NCBI RefSeq assembly: GCF_006345805.1
Contig: NC_042997.1
Coordinates: forward strand, 78,616,001 to 78,680,000
From: Octopus sinensis
Taxonomy: Eukaryota
Reading direction: 5' to 3'
DNA: 64,000 nucleotides
In this document: piece by piece, positions 26,023 through 39,995 of the stretch
Numbering within the stretch: the stretch's first letter is position 1
Layout of the letters: every line of letters begins with the position of its first letter
Notes under the pieces: generated by a model
The model's input: only the letters and a program-made list of their open reading frames with translations
Databases searched by the model: none
Told to the model about the DNA's origin: nothing
Translations under genes and position numbers: made by a program

Positions 26023-26259
26023 AGTTAACAAGAATTGTATTGGCATTTATACATTTAGGCAGGTTTAAAGGGGTGTTGGTGGGGGACTTTTTTGGGGGTA
26101 GGCATAGCGCAAAATATCATACTTGGGGGAGTGGTCAAGGAGTCAGTGTTAAATTAGATAGAAGAATAAATAAAAAAATAAAAAAATAAAAAAATAAAAA
26201 AATCTATATATAAAAAAAGGGGAATAGAGTTTTAGGTAAATAAGGAGATTCTCACTTAT

Positions 26260-27090
26260 ACCTATGCACACATGTATACATACACACACATACAAACATA
26301 TATACATATACATACACACATACATACACACACATATATATACACATATATACACACACATACACATACATATACATATCTACACATACACATATATGTA
26401 TACATACACACACTCACATGCATACACGTATACACACATGTATATATACACACACGACCACACATACATATACGCACAGAAAAATATATATACACATACA
26501 CACACATACTCACATACACGCATACACACACATATCCACACACACACATGCACACCAGCACACTAGTTCCTATATACACATATATACACATGCACACACA
26601 TATACACACACATACACATACATATACATACATGTATATATATACATATGTGTACCTATGCATACCTACACATACACACATATATACATACATATATACA
26701 CATACAAATACGACCCATTCCCTAATTTTAATTTTATTATCTTCGTTTATTACTTTTGTTATCTTTGGCCGCTTGGTCACAAACATCTTGGCTATGACAG
26801 CCAGTCCATTTATCTGTCTACTGGAAAACAAGCACTCATTCACTCACGCACACTCTTTAGCACGTACACTCACTCATTCGTACACTCATACACATACACG
26901 CACGCACGCGTTATATTCATACATACATACATCTACATACATTCACGTATATACACATACGTACGCGTACCTACAGATTCATGTCTACACTCTTAGAAGG
27001 CTAGTCTATATATATATACACCAATAAATATAAATACACACACATACATATACACCTACATACAAATACATACATGTGTATATATATATA
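26260..27090. repeat. Degenerate (CA/TA/CATA)n field
   Basis: Direct reading. Confidence 0.9.
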
Positions 27091-27091
27091 T

Positions 27092-27643
27092 ATCACAATC
27101 AAGGAACGGCCATAATAGGCCATTCACCCACTAGAAATAACAGCCAAAGCTTCAACCGCAAATAAACATCAATTCCGTAAACCAGGAGAAAATTAAAAAA
27201 CATTTACCCTGTAATTTCTTATACGATGCACCGTTTCATCTACTGTTTAATGGTAAACTAACCTGATTAAATTAAATCAAGCCAATCTTCCATAGGCCCT
27301 TAGATTCATCAGTAAGAAATAGCCAAGTCGGAACAGATATTTTCACGAGGCATTTCCGACCCATTTCCGGCAGGGTCGGAAATGCCTCGTGAAAATATCT
27401 GTTCCGACTTGGCTATTTCTTACTGATGAATCTAAGGGCCTATGGAAGATTGGCTTGATTTAATTTAATCAGGTTAGTTTACCATTAAACAGTAGATGAA
27501 ACGGTGCATCGTATAAGAAATTACAGGGTAAATGTTTTTTAATTTTCTCCTGGTTTACGGAATTGATGTTTATTTGCGGTTGAAGCTTTGGCTGTTATTT
27601 CTAGTGGGTGAATGGCCTATTATGGCCGTTCCTTGATTGTGAT
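27092..27643. repeat. Long palindrome: 271-bp arms, 10-nt spacer, hammerhead in each arm
   Basis: 27092-27362 is the reverse complement of 27373-27643 with no mismatch seen by eye; spacer ATTTCCGGCA. Confidence 0.95.
27416..27520 (+). ncRNA. Type I hammerhead with long stem II insert (mirror copy on minus at 27215-27319)
   Basis: TTTCTTA-CTGATGA-ATCTA..(58 nt)..TAGAT-GAA-ACG gtgcat CGT-A-TAAGAAA: 7-bp stem I, GUA cut after 27513. Confidence 0.8.
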
Positions 27644-27739
27644 GTTGAACTTAAAAATGGTCTATGACTATTTAATTTTTTCCCACTAGGCCGCTGGTGG
27701 CAAAAAAATTCTACAAAATTTGTTGCCACCCTATATTGA

Positions 27740-27780
<41 letters not shown>

Positions 27781-28667
27781 CATATATATACACATATATA
27801 TATATACACACATACACACACATACGCATACACACACATATACATATATATACACTACACGCACATACACATGTACATGCGTACCCATACACACACACAC
27901 ACGCGCGCGCATCCATATATACACATAAGTACACACATGCGTAAAAGTATACATATATCTATGCTTACACATACACACACACACGCGCCTCCTTATATTC
28001 ATACTTACATGCATACTCAAAAAATAAGTAAATAGTAAAATATATATACGCGCAGTTATTCGTACATGCATACTCAAAAAATAAATAATAAATATTAAGT
28101 ATATGTACGTGCAGTTACCTATTATATAGACGGATACATACATATAAACTTACACACATATATATATATATATACATACATATATACACATACACATACA
28201 CATACATATATACATACATATATATATATATATACACACACACACATACACATACATATATACATATATATACATACTTACACACATGTACATATAAATA
28301 CACACATAGATAACTCTACGTACCTACATATACATAAACACACGAGCGTACGCGTATATGTACATATACACATACACATACACACGCATATATATACATA
28401 CATACATACACATACACACATGTATACACACACACACATATACACATATATATACATACACATATACATACATATATATATATACATATATATATACACA
28501 TATACATATACATATACACATACACACACATATATACATGTGTGCAAACATACATACATTCTCATACAAGCAGACACACTTACATTTACATATATACACA
28601 CACTTACACACATATATACATACACATATACATACATACATACATACATACATACGTATATGCATAC

Positions 28668-28698
<31 letters not shown>

Positions 28699-28787
28699 CA
28701 TACATACATACACATACACATACCCATACATATATATACACACATATACATATACACATGCACATACTTATATCTCTACATACTCGC

Positions 28788-28838
<51 letters not shown>

Positions 28839-29095
28839 CACACACATACATATACCTATATACATGTATATATACACATACATATATATACACATCTACA
28901 ATTTGTATCTACACTCACATACCTGCACATACACATAACTCTACATACCTACATATACATCGACATACTCGCGTACACTTATATATATACACATATATAC
29001 ATATACACACACACATACATATACATATACATATACATACATATACATAAACATACACATACATAATACACATATACACACACATACATATATGC

Positions 29096-29137
<42 letters not shown>

Positions 29138-29570
29138 CACATACATATATATATATATATACATACATACATACATACACATATACATACATGTACATAT
29201 ACACATACACACACATATATATACACACACATACATATATCAACAATTGAGGGTAAAGTTAATTAGTTATTAATCAATTTCACCAAGTATTCAGTATGTA
29301 AAAGGACCATTATTTTTATGAGTAAACAATGTCTGAGGGAAAATATTCTCTAAGTAGTGGAAGAGGCTAAAAAACTTTTTTGGCTGCTATTTCTAGAAAG
29401 TTCAGTATGCGGCAAAGCAATCCATTTCACTAAGCCCTAATTATATAATATTTTATACATACATACACATACATACACACATACATATACACATACATAT
29501 GCATACACACATATATACATATACACATACATACATCTATACATATATACACACACACACACACACACGC

Positions 29571-29618
<48 letters not shown>

Positions 29619-29720
29619 CATACATACACGCACACACACACATAATACATGCGTATATTCCTACTATACCCATATATTTCTATACATATATACGATACAC
29701 ATATACAAGCGTGCACATAC
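27740..29720. repeat. Large degenerate (TA/CA/CATA)n microsatellite field
   Basis: Direct reading; source of many spurious ORFs. Confidence 0.95.
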
Positions 29721-29805
29721 AATATGTGAAAGGTCTTAGGAGAAAAGGTAATCGGGGGTGCTAGGGGAACGCTGGGTTGGGGGGGGGGTTGTGGGTGGGG
29801 TGTCA

Positions 29806-31728
29806 TCAATCTGGTTGCCGGGTAGGTCTATAGTTCTTGTAGTTCGCATACTTCTTATGCATACAATTTGGGGAGTGTTCTGAGATTTTGTTAAGGAGAG
29901 GGCCTTTGGCGAACAAGATCTCTAGGCTCTCCGATATGCAGAGGTCACAGCAGGTATGGCCTCCTGTGTACGAGCGCGCCTTCTGTAGTAGTTTCCACTT
30001 GGTCTTGAAGGGGATGGAGTTCCTTTTAAGGTACCAGATGTGGGCGGCGAGGGTAGTTTGGTTGGATTTATCCTGTCGCCGGAACGAGTGTGTGTGTGCG
30101 TACCAACGGGTCTTAAAGCTGTTTGACGTCATTCTGATGTAGGATTTTCTTTTATCGTCAGGGCCTGATCTTACCTCGCATGTATATACTAGGTCCCTCT
30201 GTAGGCAGTTGTTGTTGAGGGGGCAGGTGGTTTTATCAGGGCAGTTGCAATTGCTATCGGACGTTGGATGGGCCTCGGAAAAAGTAGATATGTTAAGTTT
30301 TTTCACATTGTTGTTGGCTAGGTTCCTGGCTAGATTGGGCGTGGTAGAGTAGGAGAGTCTAATAGTGTTCTTATTTAGGATAGTGTAGTACTTATGTTGG
30401 GTGGGGAAGTGTTTCTGTAGGAGAGTGAAGAAGATTTTTGCTACAGGTGTAGCGACCTCACGGTTGAAGGGGGGGTTGTACCAGCTAATGTGTCTTCGTC
30501 TATTTTTCCTGGGTTGGCGTGGGGCTATACTAGTATAGGTAATCTTATCTTTGAAGCCACTGCGGGCCAGGGCCTCGTTGTAATAGGGGGCTGCGGCCTT
30601 AAAGATATCTTCCGTGGCGGACAGGCTATAAATTCTAATTGAGACACTTTTTACTAGGTTATCTAATATATTTTTGGGGTGGTTGGAATTAATATCTATA
30701 TATTTAAGGGATTCATTCGGTTTGTGGTACGGGTAATAAAGTGAGGTTTTTAAGTCGAGGGTGACATCAAGGAAGTTAGCTTTAGTTAAGTTGGATTCTA
30801 AGGTAATCCTAAGGCCTAAGTTTTTAAAGAAGGTGTAAAGATTTTTCCGGAACCCATCCGTGGTCCTGGGGTTTATTTTGTGGAGGGCGAAAAGGCCGTC
30901 ATCGCGGTAAAGACCACCGGAGAGGCCTGTGAATAGGGTTTTCAGCCTATGGAGGATGAAAAGGCCCACTAGGTCACTTATTTCAGCAGAGTCGTTAGCA
31001 CCCATGCTGACGTCGAAGGGGGTCACAGATTTTTTGTTGATCCAGTGGGATCCGTCATAGAAAAGAAAAGTCTTACGTGCGTGGAGGATCACATCTTGCT
31101 CGGCCTCGGTGATGGTGGAAGACCTCCTGGCGAAGTTAATCGCGTCGATCAGCAAGCTCTCCGATATGGAGGCGTAGTAATCCTCGATATCCAGTTGTAG
31201 GAATCGGGTGTTGCTTTTATCAGGTAAATCCCGGAACCAGGTTATTGCCTCGGAGGTCCTATTCCAGAGTGGAAGGGGTGAAGCTTCACGCATTTTTGGT
31301 AAAATCCTGTCCAGGATCTTCTTGCTGACGGATCCGATGTCAGACTTGGTTGGGTTAATCAAACGGACCGACGGTTTATTTTCGAAATGGTCTTTGTGGT
31401 CTTTCAGGGTGAAGTGTGGGGACTTCACCCTCAGGGGTTCGGTTCGGTCATCGATTTTAAGGGAGGTGGCAATCTCTTTCCCGGCTAAATTGGTTTCAGT
31501 TAACGCTGCGTCGTCTACTTTCTTGTACTTAGCTGTGATGGCGTTATCGGCTAGTCTGTTGTAGGTATCCGGAGTCACCACGTAAATATTTTTTGTCTTG
31601 TCCGAAGGGACATGGAGGTTCTGGGAGCTTTTCATTTTCGAAAGCTTCTCATTCAGTTCCGTTTGGAAAGGTAGGTTGACTCTCCTGAATTTGATGTTTT
31701 TTATCATGAGGAATACAAAAATCGCCAC
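29806..31728 (-). CDS. Penelope-like retroelement ORF: RT, Cys-rich linker and C-terminal GIY-YIG endonuclease (640 aa, 5'-truncated)
   Basis: LDIEDYYASI, FDVSMGANDSAEISDLVG, YRDDG, FLDVTLDL; CNC..TTCPL...C linker; LVYTCEV..YIRMT..FKTRWYAH; CDLCISE..CMH. Uninterrupted ORF, GC-richer than flanks. Confidence 0.93.
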   Translation of the reverse strand: MAIFVFLMIKNIKFRRVNLPFQTELNEKLSKMKSSQNLHVPSDKTKNIYVVTPDTYNRLADNAITAKYKKVDDAALTETNLAGKEIATSLKIDDRTEPLRVKSPHFTLKDHKDHFENKPSVRLINPTKSDIGSVSKKILDRILPKMREASPLPLWNRTSEAITWFRDLPDKSNTRFLQLDIEDYYASISESLLIDAINFARRSSTITEAEQDVILHARKTFLFYDGSHWINKKSVTPFDVSMGANDSAEISDLVGLFILHRLKTLFTGLSGGLYRDDGLFALHKINPRTTDGFRKNLYTFFKNLGLRITLESNLTKANFLDVTLDLKTSLYYPYHKPNESLKYIDINSNHPKNILDNLVKSVSIRIYSLSATEDIFKAAAPYYNEALARSGFKDKITYTSIAPRQPRKNRRRHISWYNPPFNREVATPVAKIFFTLLQKHFPTQHKYYTILNKNTIRLSYSTTPNLARNLANNNVKKLNISTFSEAHPTSDSNCNCPDKTTCPLNNNCLQRDLVYTCEVRSGPDDKRKSYIRMTSNSFKTRWYAHTHSFRRQDKSNQTTLAAHIWYLKRNSIPFKTKWKLLQKARSYTGGHTCCDLCISESLEILFAKGPLLNKISEHSPNCMHKKYANYKNYRPTRQPD

Positions 31729-31739
31729 GATAGGATAGT

Positions 31740-32340
31740 ATTTACATTGGAAAATGTATAAATTCTACAAAATCAGCACTCCTGCTTACTAGTATGAACA
31801 TCATCCTGAGCCAGTCGTTGAAGGTAAAAATGTCAATATCCTCTGGGATTTTCCAGTCAGTTCCAATAGAATGATCCAGGCTAATCCACCAGACATAGGG
31901 AGAAAAAGACAGGGAGGAAAATACTTATAGACTAATAAATGTAAGTGTTCTCACTGATGAAAAAAATATCTGTAAAGGAATTTGACAAATTAAGTAAATA
32001 TAATGACCTGGAAATTGAAATACAAAAGATGTTGCATCTTCAAGCGAGAACTGTTCCTGCTATTGTGGGTGCCCTAGGTATGATAAGAAAGGGATGTCAG
32101 AAGCATCTAAATAATATCCCAGGAGAACCATGTCTCAGAACCTAATGAATTATAAGATGTTGTGGGATTTTAACATTCAGATTGACAGGGAAATAGAAGC
32201 TAGACGGCCTGATTTGGAAGTAGTAAACAAAGAGAATAGAAAGTGCCAGATAATTGACTTTACAGTCCCAAATTATGAGAAAGTAAATATGAGAGGTATA
32301 GAGAAAATGAGAATATATGTAAACATTATTAGCCAACCTT
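31740..32340 (+). mobile_element. Two restriction-like-endonuclease (R4/Dong-like LINE) C-terminal fragments
   Basis: ILWDF..NPPDI, KLSKYNDLEIEI..IVGALG; second piece LWDFNIQIDREIEARRPDL..CQIIDF. Confidence 0.8.
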
Positions 32341-32811
32341 TATAAAAGCGTTAGAAATTACTTCCTTTGGAATCTTTAAACGACCATTTGGAAACGTTAC
32401 AAAAAGGCTCAACATAAAGCGATAAATTACATTAGCAGCTGAAATACATATTTCACAGTAGGCCTGTTTTTGTCTGTAATTCACTGTAATATGGATTAAG
32501 TAATAAAGTTAAGTAATGCATCAAAAACCTTTGTTGAACTAGTTTTTTTTTTCTTGTTAAACAGAACACAATTGGCTTATGAGATCAAAAGATTGTTTCG
32601 ATTTTTTATTCTTTCTTTAGCCATTAAAATACTTTTTATTTCTTTCTTTAGCCATTAAAATACTGCTTCAGCTGGGACTTTGCTTGCAAGAGTCGATTAC
32701 ATTGAACCTATGACTTAATATAATACTTCTTTTATTGAACTATATTTTTCGAATAAGTTTACTTTTGAAGTAAAGAAAGTGTTTGTTCTCGACGCACACA
32801 AACGCACATGT

Positions 32812-33279
<468 letters not shown>

Positions 33280-33333
33280 TCTGTTTCAACACACGACTTC
33301 ACATAAAAAATCTTGCACAACAAATATTTAAAC

Positions 33334-33383
<50 letters not shown>

Positions 33384-33584
33384 GTGTGTGTGTGCGCGCG
33401 TGTTTAGATACATGCATGCATACATACGGCATTGTTTTCGTTAGCTACATTCCAAAGATGGGGCTTTGTATCTGTGTTAGAAACCAGCTCATTCTTCAGA
33501 AAAAGAATATAAAATGATTAAATGGAGAACACACACGAAAACACCCACACACATATACACACACATACACACACTTATACATGC

Positions 33585-34245
33585 ATTATGGCTGCCCCCT
33601 CGTTATCGAGTATGGTCATTGCACGAAGCTTAACTGTTACTGGTGCTGTGATCGAATGTGACTTTTTAGCCCAGCTAAAGATCTACAATATCTTGTACAG
33701 AATTGGCAACTAAAACCTTTACCGGTAATAGCCGGCTGTAGTTGTAACTGGGCTTCATGTACCTTTGCATGTCGTTTAAGTCCTCCTGCCGAATTGCACT
33801 CTCTTCCACATGCCCGACAGATATTAGAATGGTGTGTTACACTACCATCAGTGGCCAGGTTGCCACTCATCTGTCTCGCTTTATGACTACGAAGATGACT
33901 CTTGAGTCCAGCTTTACTGAGGCTGGGTCTTGCACAGACACTGCATGTCAGCATCATAGGAAGACCCTTCCCATCTGGAAGTGTAACAGCGATGCCTATG
34001 AGCTACTCGAGATTTCTCAAAAGTTGCTGTCCCCTCGTGCACAATCCTTCTCCACCTGCTACATTCAATAGTATGCCTTCCCATGTGTCAGGAGAGATGC
34101 AAGCATCTATTAGGGAAGCTTTCAGCAAGTCCTTATACCTCAATTTTTGGTTTATGTGGAGGTCGTTCTCCTTTAGCTAACTCTCCATAAAATAGTTTTG
34201 GCATCCTTGAATCCTTTATCCTGACCAGATGACCACACACACACA
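33585..34245 (-). mobile_element. RTE-clade LINE 3' end with three C2H2 zinc fingers
   Basis: GHLVRIKDSRMPKLFYGEL; CSVC..HLRSH, CRAC..HAKVH, CQFC..HIRSQH; RTE-like terminus near 33585. Confidence 0.85.
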
Positions 34246-34282
34246 TACATACATGCATACATACATACATACATACATACAT

Positions 34283-34333
<51 letters not shown>

Positions 34334-34509
34334 TACCGCAACTCGAAGCGACAAATCACGTATTTGGCGTGGGAGACTATCGAAAATACGATGAATACTA
34401 TCTCCAGCTTTGAAGCCATAGCTATCAGCCTTGTTAAATAACTGGTCATTCTTTAGATGAAATAACTGAAGGAAACTTTCATACAAGATCGTAGTGATGT
34501 TCAACTGAA

Positions 34510-35040
34510 ACTTGAATTTACCATGCTGAGAGTCACTACAAACAACATGGCTGGACACAACATCAACAACACAACCGAAGAACAGAATGGAAACAACAGC
34601 TTAACAGGTAAACAGATTCTTTCTAGCTGTAGCTATAGAAGAAACTGTAACTACAAAATTCATATTTCGTGGAGTTATGAATTGAATACTGATTTATTTA
34701 ACTGTTATAAAAGAGCGAAACAAAACCCCAATGCTGGATATATGAATTTATTGAAATCATATTGGGATGATCTGCATAGAGAACTAAATCATTTCACTGC
34801 GAAACAATTATGCTAACAAGCAACATTTGGAAAACATGGGAAGAAAATTAGTGAATGTAACTTTATTTAACAAAAGATCAGAAATTAACCTTTTTCCCAA
34901 CACCACGTGGTTTCACAATTGGCCACTTTCCAACAGATTCTATATTATCTGCCAGCCAAACTACATTACTGCCCACTACTACGACAAAGGTAAATAGCAG
35001 ATACAACGGCAATGATTGTTGTAGTAGTAGTAGTAGTAGT

Positions 35041-35091
<51 letters not shown>

Positions 35092-37860
35092 AATTGGAGA
35101 AGAGTATTTATTGCAGTGTAATGAACCCTCATTCTGATAGATTAACGCCTGTCTATATGCCCTGTCTACTACTGCAAATCAGTACATGGACGACATTCAA
35201 AAAGTGAACAAAACCGAAACGAGGAAAATGCCGTCATGGGTTTTGAAGACAGAGAAAAAGATAGCTGATTTACGGAAGACCATCAGCCATGTGATGATGC
35301 TTATTGCATGTAAACAAACAAATCACTACACGTCTCACCAACAAAACGTAAAGAAGGATATAGAAATGATGTTTGGAGATAGCAAAAAGAGGATACTCAC
35401 TTGCAAACTGATCGCCCTCAAGCAGGAGCTAAAAGCTGTTAGTGAGAAACTCCAAAATCAGAAGAAAATAACCAAGAGAACAACAATAAACAAAAAATTT
35501 TACCGGAATCAGGCAGCAAAGTAATGAGTATGAGAGGAGAAGCGGTGAACATCACAGAAGCTCCTTTTAGGAGAAGACATAGACTCCTTCTGGAGGAAAA
35601 TCTGGAGCGAAGAGAAGGCGTTTAACCAAGATGCTCTGTGGGCGGAAGAAATTCGAAGTTATTGTCCCTACATTACACCCAGACAAAACTGATATCCAAA
35701 TGCAGAACCACACACATAGCAAAAACTACTGGCTAATTACATGCCAGGACTCAATGTATAAAATATGTTTAAATTCCTTCTTCCAATACCATTGTGAAAG
35801 TGATAACATCATCACAGCAGAACAATCAGCTAGGAAGAAGGGAGTCAGGAGATGTGCTGAGCTATTGTTAATAAACAAAACTGTAATGCAGGAGCATAGG
35901 AGGGACCTCATTTCAATGTGGCTGGACTACAAGAAAGCTTTTGGCTCTGTTTCCCACTCATGGATGCTAGAAGCCCTTCGACTTGCTAAGGTTTTAGTGA
36001 ACATAGTCAAAGCCATTGCTGACCTGACTTAATCGTGGGCCACTATCTTGAATTTAAATACAAGGAGTGACAGTATTATCACTGATAGAATATGGTATCA
36101 CAGAGGTATAAAGGGGACAGTCTTTCTGTGATGTTGTTTATACTTTCTTTAAACCCCTTAACATTCATATCCAGGATTTCTGAAGGATACCTCACTGGTT
36201 CACAAGGAAACAGAAATACCAAAATTACAAACTGTTTCTCTGTTGATGAGATTAAAAAGAGCCTTGACCTGGTTACAACATTCTCAACAGATATAGGGTA
36301 GGAGTTTATGCAGGGGAAATTTTGCTATATGGTTGTGAAAAGAGGGAAAATTGTAAAACAAACTAACAACATCTCTATCATTGACTTAACTGTTTCTCCT
36401 GTATCTGACGAGGAATGTTGCAGGTACCTTGGAGTAGATAAAAACATATCTTACGATGGCAAGAGACGTGTCACTAAAGAATATTTCAACCGAATAAAAG
36501 AAATTTGGACCTCGGAACTCTCTGCATTCAATAAAACTGTCCACAATGTGTTTGCAGTGCCAGTACTCATGCCATCATTTGGGCTACTTGATTTGATCCG
36601 AGCCACTGATGTTAAAGCCCAGAAGATACTAACAAGCACACATAATTTCCACATCAACAGTGACGTAGACCGCCTCTACTTAAAGCGAAAAGAGGGGGAC
36701 AGAGACTTAACATCAATTCAAACTGCCTTTGAATGTCATATAACCCTTCGGCAACATCTTTTAACTGCCAAGTGTCGAAGTGCATCCCTTGATCAAGCTT
36801 GCATACGTGAGGCTGATAACATCACTAGACTTGGAAGGCAGCTCCTTGAGTAGCATTCTACCGCAACGTATCATCAGATGAAAGGATCAGGGTATATGAG
36901 CAGAAAACCATGCATGGGTATATTAGTAGAACGCTCTGGGATCATAGTAACATTGATCATCAAAGCAGTCTATCATGGACCAACAACCAGATTACCAACT
37001 TTCACTTTGAAGGGTATGTCTTTGCAATCCAGGAACAGGAAATATCAACCAAATACCTGATGCACAAAAGGGACAGAGACGTAGGAAAAGTAGTAAAATG
37101 GGATAATCGATGCAAACTTTGTGGACTTAACACCGAAGACATCATCCACATCATAAGCAGTTGTCCGAAAATGTCATCACGGTATTATCTACCAATGAGA
37201 CATGATGTTGTAGCTAGGACACTGTATAATGAGATCCGTCGAAAGGGTAACCACGAGGCCAAAGAAATAAGAACCTACAGTATGGTAGAAGCTATAGCCA
37301 CTCATAATAAAGAGGAGTGCTGGTTGAATGTCCCTGTAAAAATCTCAATAAAATGTAAACACAACATACCTGACATAGTAATTTGGGATAGAGAAGAGAA
37401 ATTGTGTACAGTTGTGGAAATCAAATGTTAACATAAAGATAAAGTCAGCAATAAAAAATATCTACGCTGAACTATTGAGGAATTTAGGTTTATAGTAAAT
37501 ATTGGAGCACTGGGATATGTAACACTACCTAAATACAAATCTTGAAAAATTAGACTTCTCAAAACCAGAAAGGAGAAAGCTAATTCGAAGGCTACAGAAA
37601 CAAGCCATCAGTGGAACTGCAAAAATCTGTAAAATTTTCCAGAAGTTTATCATTTAAGTATATATGAGAATATCTAGACATGCAACTTTATGCATGAGAA
37701 TACATGCATAAAACAAAACATGCAAATCCGCACATATATATACATACATACAAAAATACCCCATAGATGTTGCTGAAATTCCAATGAAGTGGCCTTGGAT
37801 CTAGGTTAGAAACCGGCTCTTTCTCTCTTGGCGAGAAATCTTGTAATAGAACTGAATAAT
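34510..37860 (+). mobile_element. R4/Dong-like non-LTR retrotransposon, near full length, heavily decayed
   Basis: WLDYKKAFGSVSHSW, KGDSLSVMLF, YLGVD, CCHC finger CKLC..HIISSC, RHDVVA, PDIVIWD..VEIKC; (TAG)n inserted at about 35021-35090. Confidence 0.9.
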
Positions 37861-39888
37861 AACATGCGTACATACATACATACATACATACATACATACA
37901 TACATACATACATACATACATACATACATACATACATACATACATACATACATACGTACGTACGTACAAAACGAACAGCTTCCGCCCATCGACTTTCACT
38001 GACAAGGCATTGGACAATCAGTGACTTCAATAGACGATACTTATGTAAAGTGCTCCGCTGTGAGAACAAGCCCGAATCTAGGTGGATGTAAAGTGAACTT
38101 CTTCACATCCACCACTTTGGTTGTTCTTCATATCGATTCTACTTTACTCAAATAACAAACATTAACTATTTACCACACAGTGATCAATTCTTGTTCAGTG
38201 TACTATCTGAAATGGTGAAACTATGTACCAGGGTATCAGTTAGTGTAATGATATAAGATTAATCTCACAAAAGTTAGTAACAATTATTCGTTAGAAACCA
38301 CTAAGCTTTCTTTTAACCTTATCCCCATTTTCGATTCATTTTATTACGCATGTATCTGCGACAGTGAATGTAGTTAGTGACCTTTCGGTCGGTAGAGCAG
38401 CACATTATTGATTGACTTCGCACATTTTTTACCAAACTACGGCATACAGATCTGCTGCGGAATTGATGTATGCCTATGAGTTTTACTTTTGGACCTAGTT
38501 TTAACAAGATCAAATATTATGCAATCGATGTCTATGCGGCAGCAGTTCAACATTTAACATAACCATGTTAATCAATTATTTCACCAGACAATTAATATTG
38601 AATTGGAATAGCAGACAACATTACAATTTAATGTTCAACTTTCCAAATCGACCGTTTCTTTCTGTCGCACTGACACTAACTTTCGCCAGTCATTAATCTC
38701 ATCTTATTTTCTTTTCCGTTCAACAATAAGCATTAAATATAGAGGGCATATTTATTTCGATTTGATAGAATCGGCATCAATTCTTCAGTTAGTTTATACT
38801 GATATTCATTTACTTGAATTTGATATAACCCCTCTGTACAGGCGTACAAAGTCAGCGTTCACAATTTTATCCAGCGTGAATTTTTAATCAATCAGAAATT
38901 TATAGAAGCTTCCCATAATACTGCTAGTGTGTAAAGTAGTCCAACAGAGAAAATAATAGAAGATAAATTATTCAACCATGTTCATACTAAAGTGCAGTCA
39001 TAATCGGTTTTATAAATTTTCCAGTCAAATACAGAAGTTTATTTAATCGACTAACTACACCCAACAAACTTTTGTTGTTGTTGTTGCTTCTGATGATGAT
39101 GCTATTGATGTTACTTGCGATTGATGATTTTTTTTACCTTGCCCACAAAGGGCTTTAGGACATTTGTGTGGCTATCCCATTATTCTGGGGCGAGACAATA
39201 ACAATTATCGAAGACATTGAATACATTTTTGCAAACAATATTTACTAGTGATTCGAAATGGTCAAGTCTTGATGGCTAGAAGTGCTGACCATAAATGTAG
39301 TAGTAATAAATATGATCTAAAAAATTTTGAAAATAATATTGAAAAAGTTTAAGAAAAACAAAAAAAAAACAGAAAAATGTAAGCGAACAATCATACACTT
39401 GTATAGAAGTCATTCTCGCTTTAATAATCTCTAGTCTCGAAAGTTTGAAGTTTAGTAATAAAGCAACAAAAACAGCAATAAATCTTTTACTGATGTTGCG
39501 AACCAGAAGAAAACACTGGACATGAGTAACCTTCAGGTGCGGTATGTACAAAAGACAACACTTTTTGCCACGGAAATGGCAGGAATGAAAGTAACTGTTT
39601 TACGCAATACAGTAAATAATAACAATAATTATTGTAATAGTGACAAGAATATAAATACTAGATCTACTGACGGTGATGAGAAGATGGTACAAAGTAGAAG
39701 TAATAAGACCAATAGTAGCGAGTGGACCAGAGGTAGTAATGGGAAAATTAAGGGAAAAGATGATGGGAGTGGAAGTGGAGATGTTGTGAGAAATACTGAA
39801 AATACGAGCATCGAAAACCAAAGTACGATAGCAAACAATAATATCAATGTTAAAACTAATAGGGAGGACAATATAAACAGAAATTACA

Positions 39889-39889
<1 letters not shown>

Positions 39890-39920
<31 letters not shown>

Positions 39921-39924
39921 AATG

Positions 39925-39993
<69 letters not shown>
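39890..39993. repeat. (GAT)n-(AAT)n tract
   Basis: Direct reading. Confidence 0.95.

Positions 39994-39995
<2 letters not shown>

Noticed and set aside
26149-29673. Many long ORFs rich in Y/I/H/T or C/V/M
   Set aside because: Translations of (TA/CA/TG)n microsatellites, which lack stops by composition. The same applies to similar ORFs at 10-12, 16, 19, 32, 37, 41, 59 and 62-64 kb.
33637-33957. Host C2H2 zinc-finger gene
   Set aside because: Contiguous with RTE RT C-terminal motifs and an RTE-like 3' end.
37780-37820. Hairpin followed by GAAACCGG in the R4-like 3' UTR (similar 14-mer at 349-362 on minus)
   Set aside because: The core is not CUGANGA or a compensated variant and there is no stem I; more likely a LINE 3' UTR stem-loop.
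39140-39200. AG..GT-bounded 48-nt minus-strand segment as SLC6 exon 2
   Set aside because: Stops in all three frames and no SLC6 motif.
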